DNA of 64,000 bases, from the sequence record MW879344.1; one strand, given 5' to 3'. Position numbers and translations under genes: made by a program. Each line of letters starts with the position of its first letter. Position 1 is the stretch's first letter. Of the stretch, positions 45,886 through 56,842 are shown piece after piece. Under the pieces are notes generated by a model that did no database searches, was not told where the DNA came from, and saw only the letters and a list, made by a program, of their open reading frames with translations.

Positions 45886-46122
45886 ATGAATGTAAAAATG
45901 TATGGTCGAAGTCAAGGATGTAAGTTTTGTGATCGTGCTAAACTCATTTGTGAAATGAATGGGTTTGTGTTGGAATTTATTGATATTGAAGCACAAGGTC
46001 TAAGTGCTGCTGATTTAGCAGAAATCGTAGGTACTCCAGTTCGGACAGTACCGCAAATTTTCGTAGATGAACAGTATGTTGGAGGATGTGATAAGTTTGA
46101 AGCTTTCTTAAAAGGAGAATAA
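45886..46122 (+). CDS. Glutaredoxin
   Basis: CKFC; TVPQIFVD..YVGG. Confidence 0.9.
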   Translation: MNVKMYGRSQGCKFCDRAKLICEMNGFVLEFIDIEAQGLSAADLAEIVGTPVRTVPQIFVDEQYVGGCDKFEAFLKGE

Positions 46123-46123
46123 C

Positions 46124-46531
46124 ATGAGTCTATTAACGACCATTCAAACGGAACGTCAAGCTGCTCTTGGCAAAGACAAAGTAAAATACAGTCTATTTGG
46201 TGTAATTATTGCAGAAGTGCAACGTAAAACAACTGCAAGTGATGTTGATGATAGTGTTGTACTACAATCTGTAAAAAAACTACTTGAAAGTGTTAATGAT
46301 ACTTTGAAGTACGGTTCTACGGAAGTACTTGAAGCTGAAAAAGTCCTTCTAGAAAATCTCCTACCAAAGCAACTTTCTAATGATGAACTACTTGCAATTA
46401 TGCAAGAAGCCATTTCTAAAGATTCTAGTATGAAAGAAAAGAAAAATATGTTCCCTTATCTAAAAGCTAACTATGATGGTCAGTATAATGGTAAAGATGC
46501 AAATATTCTATTCGGTCAATTAGGAGCTTAA
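46124..46531 (+). CDS. GatB/YqeY-domain protein
   Basis: E..LLENLLPKQLSNDEL...; helical YqeY pattern. Confidence 0.75.
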   Translation: MSLLTTIQTERQAALGKDKVKYSLFGVIIAEVQRKTTASDVDDSVVLQSVKKLLESVNDTLKYGSTEVLEAEKVLLENLLPKQLSNDELLAIMQEAISKDSSMKEKKNMFPYLKANYDGQYNGKDANILFGQLGA

Positions 46532-46532
46532 T

Positions 46533-46877
46533 ATGATCAGAAAGGATTCGACTGAAATAAATCCGTATATCTTAGATGAAGATACTCGGTATAAAGTAAA
46601 CATGACTCATTTCACATTAGGTGAAGGTGGTCTTCGCAATATGCAGCAACGTCATCATGACCGTTTAGCAAAGGTTAAAGAACTGGCTGAAAGTTTAGGT
46701 GTTGAATACACTCCATGCTTACCTTCACCAGAAGATATAATTAAAAAGACGGAAATGATTAAAGTCTACCATGAAAATAAAGAACTATATGATTCAGTAC
46801 TAGAACAAGTATTATCTGTTTGTACTGCTGAAGAAGTTCTTGATTTTTTGGAGAAGCAAATAAACAGCCCTAAATAA
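46533..46877 (+). CDS. Hypothetical protein
   Basis: SD ggag; 114 aa. Confidence 0.6.
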   Translation: MIRKDSTEINPYILDEDTRYKVNMTHFTLGEGGLRNMQQRHHDRLAKVKELAESLGVEYTPCLPSPEDIIKKTEMIKVYHENKELYDSVLEQVLSVCTAEEVLDFLEKQINSPK

Positions 46878-46879
46878 AA

Positions 46880-47164
46880 GTGAAGGAACAATCCTTCACA
46901 TTACAATTTGGGAGAAAATTTATGCTTAGTTTTCGTGATCAATTAGCAAAAGGTATTTTTGAAAGTACAAAATCAAATGTTAATATTCCAAAGAAATCAG
47001 CATTCTTAGGAAAGATTACTGAAGATGGATTCTGTGACTATGATGTTCCAGAAGACACTTGGTATCTAACGCGAGATTTAAAACGAGGCTCTAGACTTCA
47101 CCAAAGTAATATAGCGAGACAGCATCGCAAAGAGACAAAGCGAATCCGTTCAGGATTAAATTAA
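46880..47164 (+). CDS. Basic hypothetical protein
   Basis: GTG start; 94 aa. Confidence 0.5.
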   Translation: MKEQSFTLQFGRKFMLSFRDQLAKGIFESTKSNVNIPKKSAFLGKITEDGFCDYDVPEDTWYLTRDLKRGSRLHQSNIARQHRKETKRIRSGLN

Positions 47165-47167
47165 TAC

Positions 47168-47196
47168 AAAAGGACTTCTTCGGAAGTCCTTTTTTT
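47168..47196 (+). terminator. Rho-independent terminator
   Basis: aaaaggacttc-ttcg-gaagtcctttt. Confidence 0.9.
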
Positions 47197-47209
47197 CACT
47201 TGAGGTTTT

Positions 47210-47710
47210 ATGATAAACTATTATTATGGTGATTTGTTCGAACATGTGGATGAATTACTTACAGGCGGTGACTGTGTAACCCATTTTATTATTCATGGGT
47301 GTAATGCTCAGGGACGTATGGGAACTGGATTTGCAAAAACACTTCGTGCAAAATATCCAGGAGCATACGAAGAATATAGAAAAGAATATAGTGCAAATAA
47401 TAATAGACTTCAAGTAGGAAGTGTAATAAATTATGCACATAGTACTGATTTGATTATCAGTAACGCCATAACCCAAGATTTCTATGGTTATGATGGTGGT
47501 AAATATGTTAGTTATGATGCAATCGATACTGCTTTTGCAGAACTTGATAGTATCGCTAAAGTACTAAAAACTCTTAGTGGAGTTGAAGAAGTTCATTTTC
47601 ATTTCCCTAAAATCGGTTCTGACTTAGGTGGTGGTCATTGGGATGTTATTGAATCTATCATCGATCACCGTGTACAGAACGCAACCAAGAATCTATATGA
47701 ACTAAGATAA
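47210..47710 (+). CDS. Macrodomain (ADP-ribose hydrolase-like)
   Basis: GDLF, IHGCNAQGRMGTGFA, NAITQ..YG, FPKIGSDLGGGHW. Confidence 0.88.
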   Translation: MINYYYGDLFEHVDELLTGGDCVTHFIIHGCNAQGRMGTGFAKTLRAKYPGAYEEYRKEYSANNNRLQVGSVINYAHSTDLIISNAITQDFYGYDGGKYVSYDAIDTAFAELDSIAKVLKTLSGVEEVHFHFPKIGSDLGGGHWDVIESIIDHRVQNATKNLYELR

Positions 47711-47738
47711 GTTCAAACTAATTAACAAGGAATGTTAT

Positions 47739-48062
47739 ATGTCTAAAGTAAATGCAAGTGTAAAACTAATTTTTATTAACGGTGTTGGTCCTCTTATTGG
47801 TACTGTGCAATCAGAAGCAACTGATGCAATCGTTATGAGAAATCCATGTCAATTTGGACTAGATGAAGATGGTAATTTTATCATTCGTGATTATCTAGAA
47901 GGTATTACCAATCCAAATGAGCCTGTGATTTTCATGAAGTACGCAATTGTTTCTATGAATGTTCCTGAAGAATCTATTGCATTGGCGTATGTTGAAGCAA
48001 TCGATGCACTTGAAGCACAGAAATCAAAAGTATTTGTACCGGACAATAAAATCATTATCTAA
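47739..48062 (+). CDS. Hypothetical protein, possible Sm-like fold
   Basis: VKLIFING...LIGTV...IVMRNP beta pattern; ends KIII. Confidence 0.5.
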   Translation: MSKVNASVKLIFINGVGPLIGTVQSEATDAIVMRNPCQFGLDEDGNFIIRDYLEGITNPNEPVIFMKYAIVSMNVPEESIALAYVEAIDALEAQKSKVFVPDNKIII

Positions 48063-48075
48063 TGGTAACTAAACA

Positions 48076-48438
48076 ATGAGTGTACATCAAGTAATTATCG
48101 TAGTAAAAGATTTAGAACCAATGCAATTAGTTCGTATGAGTGTAAGGGCTGGTATGGAAATAATGAATCAATTCGACCCAACACGTACTGCATATGCAGG
48201 TTCACATGAACATAAGAACTTTAATGCATGGTTTGATGAATGGATTGAAGCGGGTTCACCTCAAAATATATATGTAGCTGATGAGTCAGCAGGATTAGAT
48301 GAAGTTGAATTTCATGCTAATCTAGAAGGTGCACCAACAAACTTTATTCAAGACGGATCAAATTCAACTATTCTAGTAGTTGGACCATTTGATTCTGCAC
48401 GATTGAATTACTATACTCAGAACTGTAAACCAATCTAA
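48076..48438 (+). CDS. Divergent peptidyl-tRNA hydrolase 2 (Pth2)-like protein
   Basis: QVIIVVKDL...W...G..Q.I.V...ILVVGP fold pattern; usual K.AAQ..HA residues are replaced. Confidence 0.45.
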   Translation: MSVHQVIIVVKDLEPMQLVRMSVRAGMEIMNQFDPTRTAYAGSHEHKNFNAWFDEWIEAGSPQNIYVADESAGLDEVEFHANLEGAPTNFIQDGSNSTILVVGPFDSARLNYYTQNCKPI

Positions 48439-48444
48439 AACATT

Positions 48445-48490
48445 TACCCCTAAATATGTTATACACAAACATGTTTAGGGGTATTTTTTT
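48445..48490 (+). promoter_or_regulatory. Terminator-like hairpin covering the SD, with TAAATA in the 5' arm
   Basis: tacccctaaatatgtt / aacatgtttaggggta + T7, then ATG. Confidence 0.6.
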
Positions 48491-49273
48491 ATGTATAATT
48501 ATGCTGGTAATCCAGATTCTCCACAGTACGATCACCGTGAAGAATTAAAACGTGTTATTACTGTAATGCTAGGTGCAGGTGCAGTGAATGTTGAAATCAC
48601 TGATGAACAACTCGAAGTTTGTATAGATAATTCTGTAGCTAACTATCGTGCTTGGTCAGCAGCTTCTAAAGAAGAAGCATTCTTGCATATGAAATTCTAT
48701 GAATCAGACTCAGTTTATGTACTACCAACTGAAGTAGAAATAGTTCGCAGAATTTATCGCCGTGGTAATGGTGTAGTATCTGGTTCAGGTGCTACTGTAG
48801 ATCCATTTTCACTTGCTTATAGTAATACATATCTATTAAGTGCAGTCCGTGGAAGTACTGGTGGTGGTCTATTAACTTATGATCTATATCACCAGTTTGA
48901 TAGTACTGTTGGTCGTTTGTTTGGTCGTGAGATCATGTTCTTATGGAATCCGGTCACAAAGAAACTAACATTAGAGCGTGATATTCGTGGTGAGGAAGAA
49001 GTACTTTTACACGTATATCATAATAAACCTGAAGCCATGCTTTTCAGAACACAAATGTCTTATCCGTGGTTACGTGATTGGGCATTGTCTGAAGCAATGA
49101 TGATTTTAGGTAGAAACCGTGTTAAATTTGCAACACTTCCTGGACCACAAGGTACATTCTCTATGGATGGTGCTGATTTGGTTCAGAATGCAATTCGTAT
49201 GCAAGAAGACTTAAAACAACGCTTACACAATCATGAAGATGGTAGTGACCCATTATCATTCATTATTGGCTAA
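48491..49273 (+). CDS. Neck/head-completion protein (T4 gp13-like)
   Basis: LGAGAVNVEITDEQLEVCI...WLRDWALSEAMMILGRNRVKF..LPG..G...DG. Confidence 0.75.
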   Translation: MYNYAGNPDSPQYDHREELKRVITVMLGAGAVNVEITDEQLEVCIDNSVANYRAWSAASKEEAFLHMKFYESDSVYVLPTEVEIVRRIYRRGNGVVSGSGATVDPFSLAYSNTYLLSAVRGSTGGGLLTYDLYHQFDSTVGRLFGREIMFLWNPVTKKLTLERDIRGEEEVLLHVYHNKPEAMLFRTQMSYPWLRDWALSEAMMILGRNRVKFATLPGPQGTFSMDGADLVQNAIRMQEDLKQRLHNHEDGSDPLSFIIG

Positions 49274-49314
49274 CATAAATACACCATAATTGGAAACAGT
49301 ATGGTGGGTATTAT

Positions 49315-49572
49315 ATGCGTTACAAAGCGTTTTTAGGTTCAGATGAATTCACATACAGTGATGAATGCACTGAATTATATAACAAAGTGAGTTCATTTAT
49401 GACTAACATTGCTGAGTCCGATGGTAGTACAGGCACGTTTGAAATTGTTCAGGAACCTCTTTGTGAGATTCCATTATTTTATGCTTTAGTTGATTTTCCA
49501 ACATGGGCTGAAGCATTATTTTTAATACAATTTCGTGAATATAGTTGGGATATTTTGGAAGAATCTGAATAA
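49315..49572 (+). CDS. Hypothetical protein
   Basis: TAAATA at 49276; 85 aa. Confidence 0.55.
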   Translation: MRYKAFLGSDEFTYSDECTELYNKVSSFMTNIAESDGSTGTFEIVQEPLCEIPLFYALVDFPTWAEALFLIQFREYSWDILEESE

Positions 49573-49607
49573 GGTTCTTCCTTTTTTCGTTTAAAGGAAA
49601 TATAAAC

Positions 49608-50294
49608 ATGGAACGTACAATAGTAGCAATTAATGGGACAATTGGATCTGGTAAAGATACTTTTGCACAAATATTCGTTGAAAATGGTTTTCATAGAGTA
49701 TCATATGCAGAATCATTAAAAGATGCAGTAAGTTATATTTTTGGTTGGGACAGAGAAATGTTAGAAGGGTCAACACCAGAATCAAGAATAATTAGAGAGC
49801 AACCGGATGAGTATTGGAGCAGAGTACTTGAACGAGAAGTAACTCCACGTTGGGTATTACAAAATTTCGGTACTGACGTATGTAGACGATTTTTTCATGA
49901 TAACATTTGGGTGTTCAGTTTAGAACATAAAATTAGAAATATGGATTATGATAAAATAATTATTTCTGATTGTCGTTTTCCAAATGAATTAAAAATGATT
50001 CGTGAAAATAATGGAATTATTATTGAAGTACAAAGGACATTACCAGATTGGTATTTTGATGCAGTTGATTATAATATTGAGTGTGAAAGAAAACTAGCAG
50101 GATATATTTTGGATTCTAAATTAGACAAGGAACTTGGAATTACTGCCAGTAAACCTAGCTCACTAGCTAATGTTCATTCATCTGAATATGGTTGGGTTGG
50201 TATAAACCGTCCTGATTTTATTGTAGAAAATACCTCCACTATTGAGCATTTACACAATCAAGCTTACCAAATTTTATCACAAATTAGTATATAA
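49608..50294 (+). CDS. Deoxynucleoside monophosphate kinase (T4 gp1-like)
   Basis: AINGTIGSGKDT, YAESLKD, TPRWVLQNFGTD, IISDCRFPNE, HSSE. Confidence 0.88.
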   Translation: MERTIVAINGTIGSGKDTFAQIFVENGFHRVSYAESLKDAVSYIFGWDREMLEGSTPESRIIREQPDEYWSRVLEREVTPRWVLQNFGTDVCRRFFHDNIWVFSLEHKIRNMDYDKIIISDCRFPNELKMIRENNGIIIEVQRTLPDWYFDAVDYNIECERKLAGYILDSKLDKELGITASKPSSLANVHSSEYGWVGINRPDFIVENTSTIEHLHNQAYQILSQISI

Positions 50295-50317
50295 ATTAGT
50301 TTTCATACATAACTTTA

Positions 50318-50377
50318 AATCCTCCAATAAATAACAGTATACGAATATTCGAATAAACCCAAAATTTTTGGAGGATT
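50318..50377 (+). promoter_or_regulatory. SD-sequestering hairpin with late-promoter motif
   Basis: aatcctccaa (50318-50327) / ttggaggatt (50368-50377); TAAATA at 50328-50333. Confidence 0.65.
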
Positions 50378-50379
50378 AA

Positions 50380-53031
50380 ATGGCTGATTTACTATCACCT
50401 GGTGTAAGTGTAACAGTTACCGATGAAACTATTAGTTCAACTAGCGGTGCAGGTACTGTACCATTGTTTGTCATTGCGACGGCACAAGACAAGCTAGTTA
50501 CAGGAAGTACTTCTGTAGCTGCTGGAACAACTAAAGCTAATGCAGGAAAACTACAACTTATTACATCACAACGAAATGCTCTTGAAATGTACGGATCACC
50601 AATATTTCAAAAAAGTAATGGATCTGTCGTTCAAGGCGACGAACTTAATGAATATGGCCTACACGCCGTATATAGCTACATGGGTATTGCAAACCGTGCA
50701 TATGTAGTTCGTGCTGATGTTGATATGGCACAACTAGCACCAACAGGAACTGAACCTACCGGTCCAGTAACTAACGGTACACTATGGCTAGATACTTCTG
50801 CAACGCAAATTGAAGCGTATGTAGCACGTATTGCTAACCCAACCAGTTTTTATGACTGGCAACTAAAACCTGTAACAATTGTCAGTTATGAAGATATTGA
50901 TGATGTTCCTACTAATACTCTCAATGTAGATGATTTAGTACTACGTCATATCCCAAGTACTGGACAAATGCTAATGTATAAATTCGAAGCTATTGGCTTA
51001 GTACAGGTTGAAACTTATCTATCACCAATTAACAAAGTGCCAACAGGTACTGGTATCCTTAAAGGGAATATTTGGATTCGTGATGGTTATACAAAAAATG
51101 GATCAAACTACTTCGGTACTCGTTTCGTACTAAAACGTTATGCTTCTCTAACTGCCGTTTGGAATGAAGTAAACGTATGGACTGGTAACAGTTTCTATGA
51201 AATTGAATCTAAAGCTGGTACGTTTGATAATACATATTTCGGTTCACTATTTGATGAAGACAGTAAGAGTTTTTCTCTATATACTAAGTCTGGAAGCATT
51301 GCTGCAATTTCTGCACCTGCAACACCAATTGGTCAATCTTCTAGCCAAGTTGCTACAAGTATTGGTTATTTGACAATCAAGTATTTGAACAAGTCAGTAC
51401 AAGTTCCTGCTATTTTACAATCTCAGGCAATCACTACTGCAAATCTAATTGCAAATCTAAATCAAAGTGCTGTATTAATCAATGCCGGATTTACATTTAC
51501 AGGTACAAATGCTCTTGTTGTAACAAACAAAAATGGATATAGCTTCCAAGTGTCTGCATCTGGACAACAAATTTTCAACACGGCTGAATTGGCTAAATTA
51601 ACAGTTGATAGTAATAACTATTCACTAATTAATGTAAACAATCTACGTGTTAGTTCAACAACTCCAACTGCAAAAGCAGCTAATGGTACTTACTGGTATG
51701 ATTTCAGTAATTCTGATTCATTGAAAGTAACTATGTATGTTGCAAATGTTAGTACTGAAGATTGGGATCTAATTGTTGATTCTGACCAATATGTACAACT
51801 AGATGAACCAGCAGCAGATCGTGATTTTTGGGTTAAACCATTATCACAAGGTGTTGAAGGATATGAATTCTATCGTAATGTTAGCGGTTCATGGGTAAAA
51901 CTAGATTCAACCGACCAAAGTACTCTAAACGGTATGGTATTTGAAGACTTTACTTCTGGTAATGTTCCAAGTGCTGCATTATACCAAAATGGTATGTTAG
52001 CAATCGACTTAGGTAATACTGAAGGTGTTGTAAAAGTCATGACTAACGGAGTTTGGACTATTGCTAGTGGTGTAGCGTTAGATGGAGCTGGTCTATTTGG
52101 TCGTGCTGCACAACGTCAAATCATTGTTGAAGCTTTAGCTGCTGTTGTTATTGGTAATGAAGAAATTCGTGCTGAAAGTATTGACTATAACTTAGTGTGT
52201 GTTCCTGGTTATGTTGAACTATTGGATGAACTAGTAACTCTAAACACTGACCGTAAAGAAACTGCATTCATCGTAACTGATGTTCCTGCACGTTTAGCAC
52301 CATCAAGTACTGATGTTCAAGCTTGGGCGACCAATGCTAATAACGCAGCAAGTAATGGTGATGTTGGTCGTACAACTGGATATGCATATGCTGCACAGTA
52401 TATGGGATGGTGTCTAAGTACTAACGTTGATGGTTCAGAAATTGCTGTTCCAGGAAGTACGGTTGCAATGCGTACATATGCTTATAGCGATAGCGTAAGT
52501 TATGTATGGTATCCACCTGCTGGTACACAACGTGGTGTTGTAACAAATGCTGCATCCGTAGGTTTCATTAATAGTGAAGGTGAATATGCTCCTGTAGTAT
52601 ATAACCAAGGCCAACGTGATACAATGTATGTTAACAAAATTAACCCAATTGCAATGCGTCCTAATCGTGGATTGCTAGTATACGGTGATAAAACTCTAGC
52701 ACCAGATGATGGTTCTGCACTAAGTCGTGTGAACGTAGCTCGTCTAGTAGTTTATATTCGTCGTCAATTGGAAATTATGGCAGAACCATTCTTATTCCGT
52801 TTGAATACTCCAAGTACTCGTCAAGAGTTTACATCTGTAGTTAACAACTTCTTAGCTGAAATTGTTCAATTAAATGGTTTGTATGACTTCTTAGTAGTAT
52901 GTGATGAATCAAATAACACTACAACTCGTATCGATAGAAATGAATTGTGGATGGATATTGCACTTGTACCAACTCGTTCAATTAACTTCATCTATATACC
53001 AATTCGTCTAGAAAACAGTTTAACACAATAA
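50380..53031 (+). CDS. Contractile tail sheath protein (gp18-like)
   Basis: LLSPGVSVTVTD, YVWYPPAGTQRG, RDTMYVNKINPI, VYGDKT, LSRVNVARLV, VVCDESNNT...IDRNEL..DI...P. Confidence 0.93.
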   Translation: MADLLSPGVSVTVTDETISSTSGAGTVPLFVIATAQDKLVTGSTSVAAGTTKANAGKLQLITSQRNALEMYGSPIFQKSNGSVVQGDELNEYGLHAVYSYMGIANRAYVVRADVDMAQLAPTGTEPTGPVTNGTLWLDTSATQIEAYVARIANPTSFYDWQLKPVTIVSYEDIDDVPTNTLNVDDLVLRHIPSTGQMLMYKFEAIGLVQVETYLSPINKVPTGTGILKGNIWIRDGYTKNGSNYFGTRFVLKRYASLTAVWNEVNVWTGNSFYEIESKAGTFDNTYFGSLFDEDSKSFSLYTKSGSIAAISAPATPIGQSSSQVATSIGYLTIKYLNKSVQVPAILQSQAITTANLIANLNQSAVLINAGFTFTGTNALVVTNKNGYSFQVSASGQQIFNTAELAKLTVDSNNYSLINVNNLRVSSTTPTAKAANGTYWYDFSNSDSLKVTMYVANVSTEDWDLIVDSDQYVQLDEPAADRDFWVKPLSQGVEGYEFYRNVSGSWVKLDSTDQSTLNGMVFEDFTSGNVPSAALYQNGMLAIDLGNTEGVVKVMTNGVWTIASGVALDGAGLFGRAAQRQIIVEALAAVVIGNEEIRAESIDYNLVCVPGYVELLDELVTLNTDRKETAFIVTDVPARLAPSSTDVQAWATNANNAASNGDVGRTTGYAYAAQYMGWCLSTNVDGSEIAVPGSTVAMRTYAYSDSVSYVWYPPAGTQRGVVTNAASVGFINSEGEYAPVVYNQGQRDTMYVNKINPIAMRPNRGLLVYGDKTLAPDDGSALSRVNVARLVVYIRRQLEIMAEPFLFRLNTPSTRQEFTSVVNNFLAEIVQLNGLYDFLVVCDESNNTTTRIDRNELWMDIALVPTRSINFIYIPIRLENSLTQ

Positions 53032-53035
53032 ACTT

Positions 53036-53062
53036 AAAGGGAGCCATAAGGCTCCCTTTTTT
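53036..53062 (+). terminator. Rho-independent terminator
   Basis: aaagggagcc-ataa-ggctcccttt. Confidence 0.85.
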
Positions 53063-53094
53063 ATTACTGAAATCCACATCTATGCTAAAAACTT

Positions 53095-53102
53095 TATAAA
53101 TA
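53095..53102 (+). promoter_or_regulatory. T4-type late promoter
   Basis: TATAAATA upstream of the tube gene. Confidence 0.6.
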
Positions 53103-53141
53103 CATTAAAGATTATTCCTTAAATTATTAGGAGAGATAATA

Positions 53142-53831
53142 ATGGCAAATTTACTGGATAAATATGGTGTTCCAATTCCAGGTGGCAGTCGTGCTCCAAT
53201 GAAGCAACCTAAGCCAAAGTACCGTTTCAGAATTTTATTCTTTGGATTCGGTAATGCGGAAGATGGTAACTACATTGCACTAGACACGAATACTGTAGGC
53301 ACACCTCATGTTGAACATGAAAACGTAACTGTTCACAGTTACAACAGTAGTGCTCACTACAAAGGGAAGTACACATGGAGTACTATTGAAGTCGCATTTC
53401 GTGACTCAGTAGGTAACATGTCATTGAAAGCCCTTTATAACCAAATGCGTAAAGAATTCAACTACTACTCACAAGAATCTCGTATGACGGGTTCTCAGTA
53501 TAAGTTTGAAATGTGGATTCAAGCTCTTGACGGTTCTAATAGTGAAAATACTACAAACCTATATCAAGGTACGCTTCATACTTGGATCTGTCAAGGTTGT
53601 TTCATTACTGAAAGTAATTTCGGTGATTGGGATTACTCAAGCTCAGAAGCTCAAGTTATTACTGCAACAATTCAACCAGATGGTTGTGTACTAGTTGGTC
53701 CAGAAGGACAAGCTCTTGGTGATGAAGTTACTGGTAACGGTACTCCTGAAAATGCGGTGGCTATTACGTCTAGCCCAACAGCAGTTAATTCAGATACATT
53801 ACCTGATTCAAACTTCTACGAAGGACAATAA
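53142..53831 (+). CDS. Tail tube protein (gp19-like)
   Basis: Follows sheath; PKPKYRFRI...GKYTWSTIEV.FRD...W..QGCFI...FGDWDY. Confidence 0.8.
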   Translation: MANLLDKYGVPIPGGSRAPMKQPKPKYRFRILFFGFGNAEDGNYIALDTNTVGTPHVEHENVTVHSYNSSAHYKGKYTWSTIEVAFRDSVGNMSLKALYNQMRKEFNYYSQESRMTGSQYKFEMWIQALDGSNSENTTNLYQGTLHTWICQGCFITESNFGDWDYSSSEAQVITATIQPDGCVLVGPEGQALGDEVTGNGTPENAVAITSSPTAVNSDTLPDSNFYEGQ

Positions 53832-53840
53832 TAATATCCT

Positions 53841-53868
53841 AAAAGCCCTGACTAGTCAGGGCTTTTTT
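53841..53868. terminator. Palindromic terminator
   Basis: aaaagccctgactagtcagggctttt. Confidence 0.8.
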
Positions 53869-53917
53869 ATTGCTAAATAATAATATAAATTCCAAATCTA
53901 AATAGGGGAAAGTATAA

Positions 53918-54691
53918 ATGGCAAATATGATGGATAAGTATGGTGTTCCTCTACCAAGTGGACGAAATAAAACCATGAGCCAGCCCAAAATTAAACATAA
54001 ATTTAGAGTTGTTGTATCAAATTTCGGTACTGATATTGATGAGAAAGATCATGTTGCATTAGAGGCATCAGAAGTTGATCGTCCTAGTGTTAGTTTTGAA
54101 ACTCACCAATTATATCAGTTCGCAACAAACACTTCTTATGTTGGGCGTTGGGATTGGAAACCAATAACACTTACAATTCGTGATTCAGTTGATAATAAAG
54201 TAGCTAAATCTATTATTCGTCAACTACAAAAACAACTAGATTTCCAAAGACGTATCTCTGCGAAATCTGAACAAGAATATGCTGGATATAAATTCCGCAT
54301 GATGATTGAAACTACTGGTGGTGCAAATCCTGATGATTCATTGACTAATCTTGGTCGTGATACAGCAGTTGATGTAGGTACTGCAATTACTAATAATGCA
54401 GGATTGGTTAATGCTATCGATGATTTTGTTGGTGGAAATGGCTATAATGCAGTTAGTACTATAGATCGTTGGGTATGCTATGGTTGTATCATTACTGATA
54501 TATCATGGGATTCATTAGATTATGGTTCATCACAATTCTTGACTATTAAGTTAACTATTAAACCAGATAATTGTGTACAGTACGATATGATTGAAGAAAT
54601 GTATTCTGATCGTATTAGTTCATTACTACCAGATAGTGTAGATAATGCATTAGATATTGTAGATAAAATATTTGGATCAGCGGGAATTTAA
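53918..54691 (+). CDS. Tail tube paralog
   Basis: MANMMDKYGVP...QPKIKHKFRV...GRWDWKPITLTIRD...W.CYGC.I...DSLDY, parallels 53142. Confidence 0.75.
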   Translation: MANMMDKYGVPLPSGRNKTMSQPKIKHKFRVVVSNFGTDIDEKDHVALEASEVDRPSVSFETHQLYQFATNTSYVGRWDWKPITLTIRDSVDNKVAKSIIRQLQKQLDFQRRISAKSEQEYAGYKFRMMIETTGGANPDDSLTNLGRDTAVDVGTAITNNAGLVNAIDDFVGGNGYNAVSTIDRWVCYGCIITDISWDSLDYGSSQFLTIKLTIKPDNCVQYDMIEEMYSDRISSLLPDSVDNALDIVDKIFGSAGI

Positions 54692-54703
54692 GAGGGATAA
54701 TAT

Positions 54704-56256
<1,553 letters not shown>

Positions 56257-56257
56257 T

Positions 56258-56815
56258 ATGAAAGCAAAACGTAGTGTAGAAGAAGCTTTAGGTCTTCCAT
56301 CAACTGACGAATTGAAAAAAATTCTTGGAGATAATTATGACGAGAATGATTTATATTCAGATGAAGATGACGAAGATAGTACTGAAATTACTGGCGTGGA
56401 CGTAGATGAAGCAAGACGTTCAATGCAACAATTAAAAGAATATCGTGAACAATTAAAAGATATTCCAGATATAACAAACCGAAAATCACATCTAGACAGA
56501 TTGGCAAAATTAGCCGAAGATAAGTTCGAAGATATTTTTGATAGAGGATTTAATTGCGAAGATAGATTTATGGCTGAGATTATCAATGCTGCAAATGCTA
56601 TGTTAAAGATTGCACTTGATGCACATTCTAAGGTTATTGATTCTGATATTAAATTAATTGATATGCAAATCAAGAAAGATAAAATGGAAATTGAGTTAAA
56701 TCTTAAACCAAAAACTGCTTTAGCCAATAATTCTGATCCAAATTCAATCGAAGGTGAGAAGGTAGTAGTTAAATCTCGGAATGAGCTACTTGCTTCGATG
56801 AATCGGAATAAATAA
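56258..56815 (+). CDS. Helical hypothetical protein, possibly small-terminase-like
   Basis: Central amphipathic helices and C-terminal VVKSRNELL resemble T4 gp16-type architecture; weak. Confidence 0.35.
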   Translation: MKAKRSVEEALGLPSTDELKKILGDNYDENDLYSDEDDEDSTEITGVDVDEARRSMQQLKEYREQLKDIPDITNRKSHLDRLAKLAEDKFEDIFDRGFNCEDRFMAEIINAANAMLKIALDAHSKVIDSDIKLIDMQIKKDKMEIELNLKPKTALANNSDPNSIEGEKVVVKSRNELLASMNRNK

Positions 56816-56842
56816 ATTAAAATACTGTGACTCGGAGTTAAC

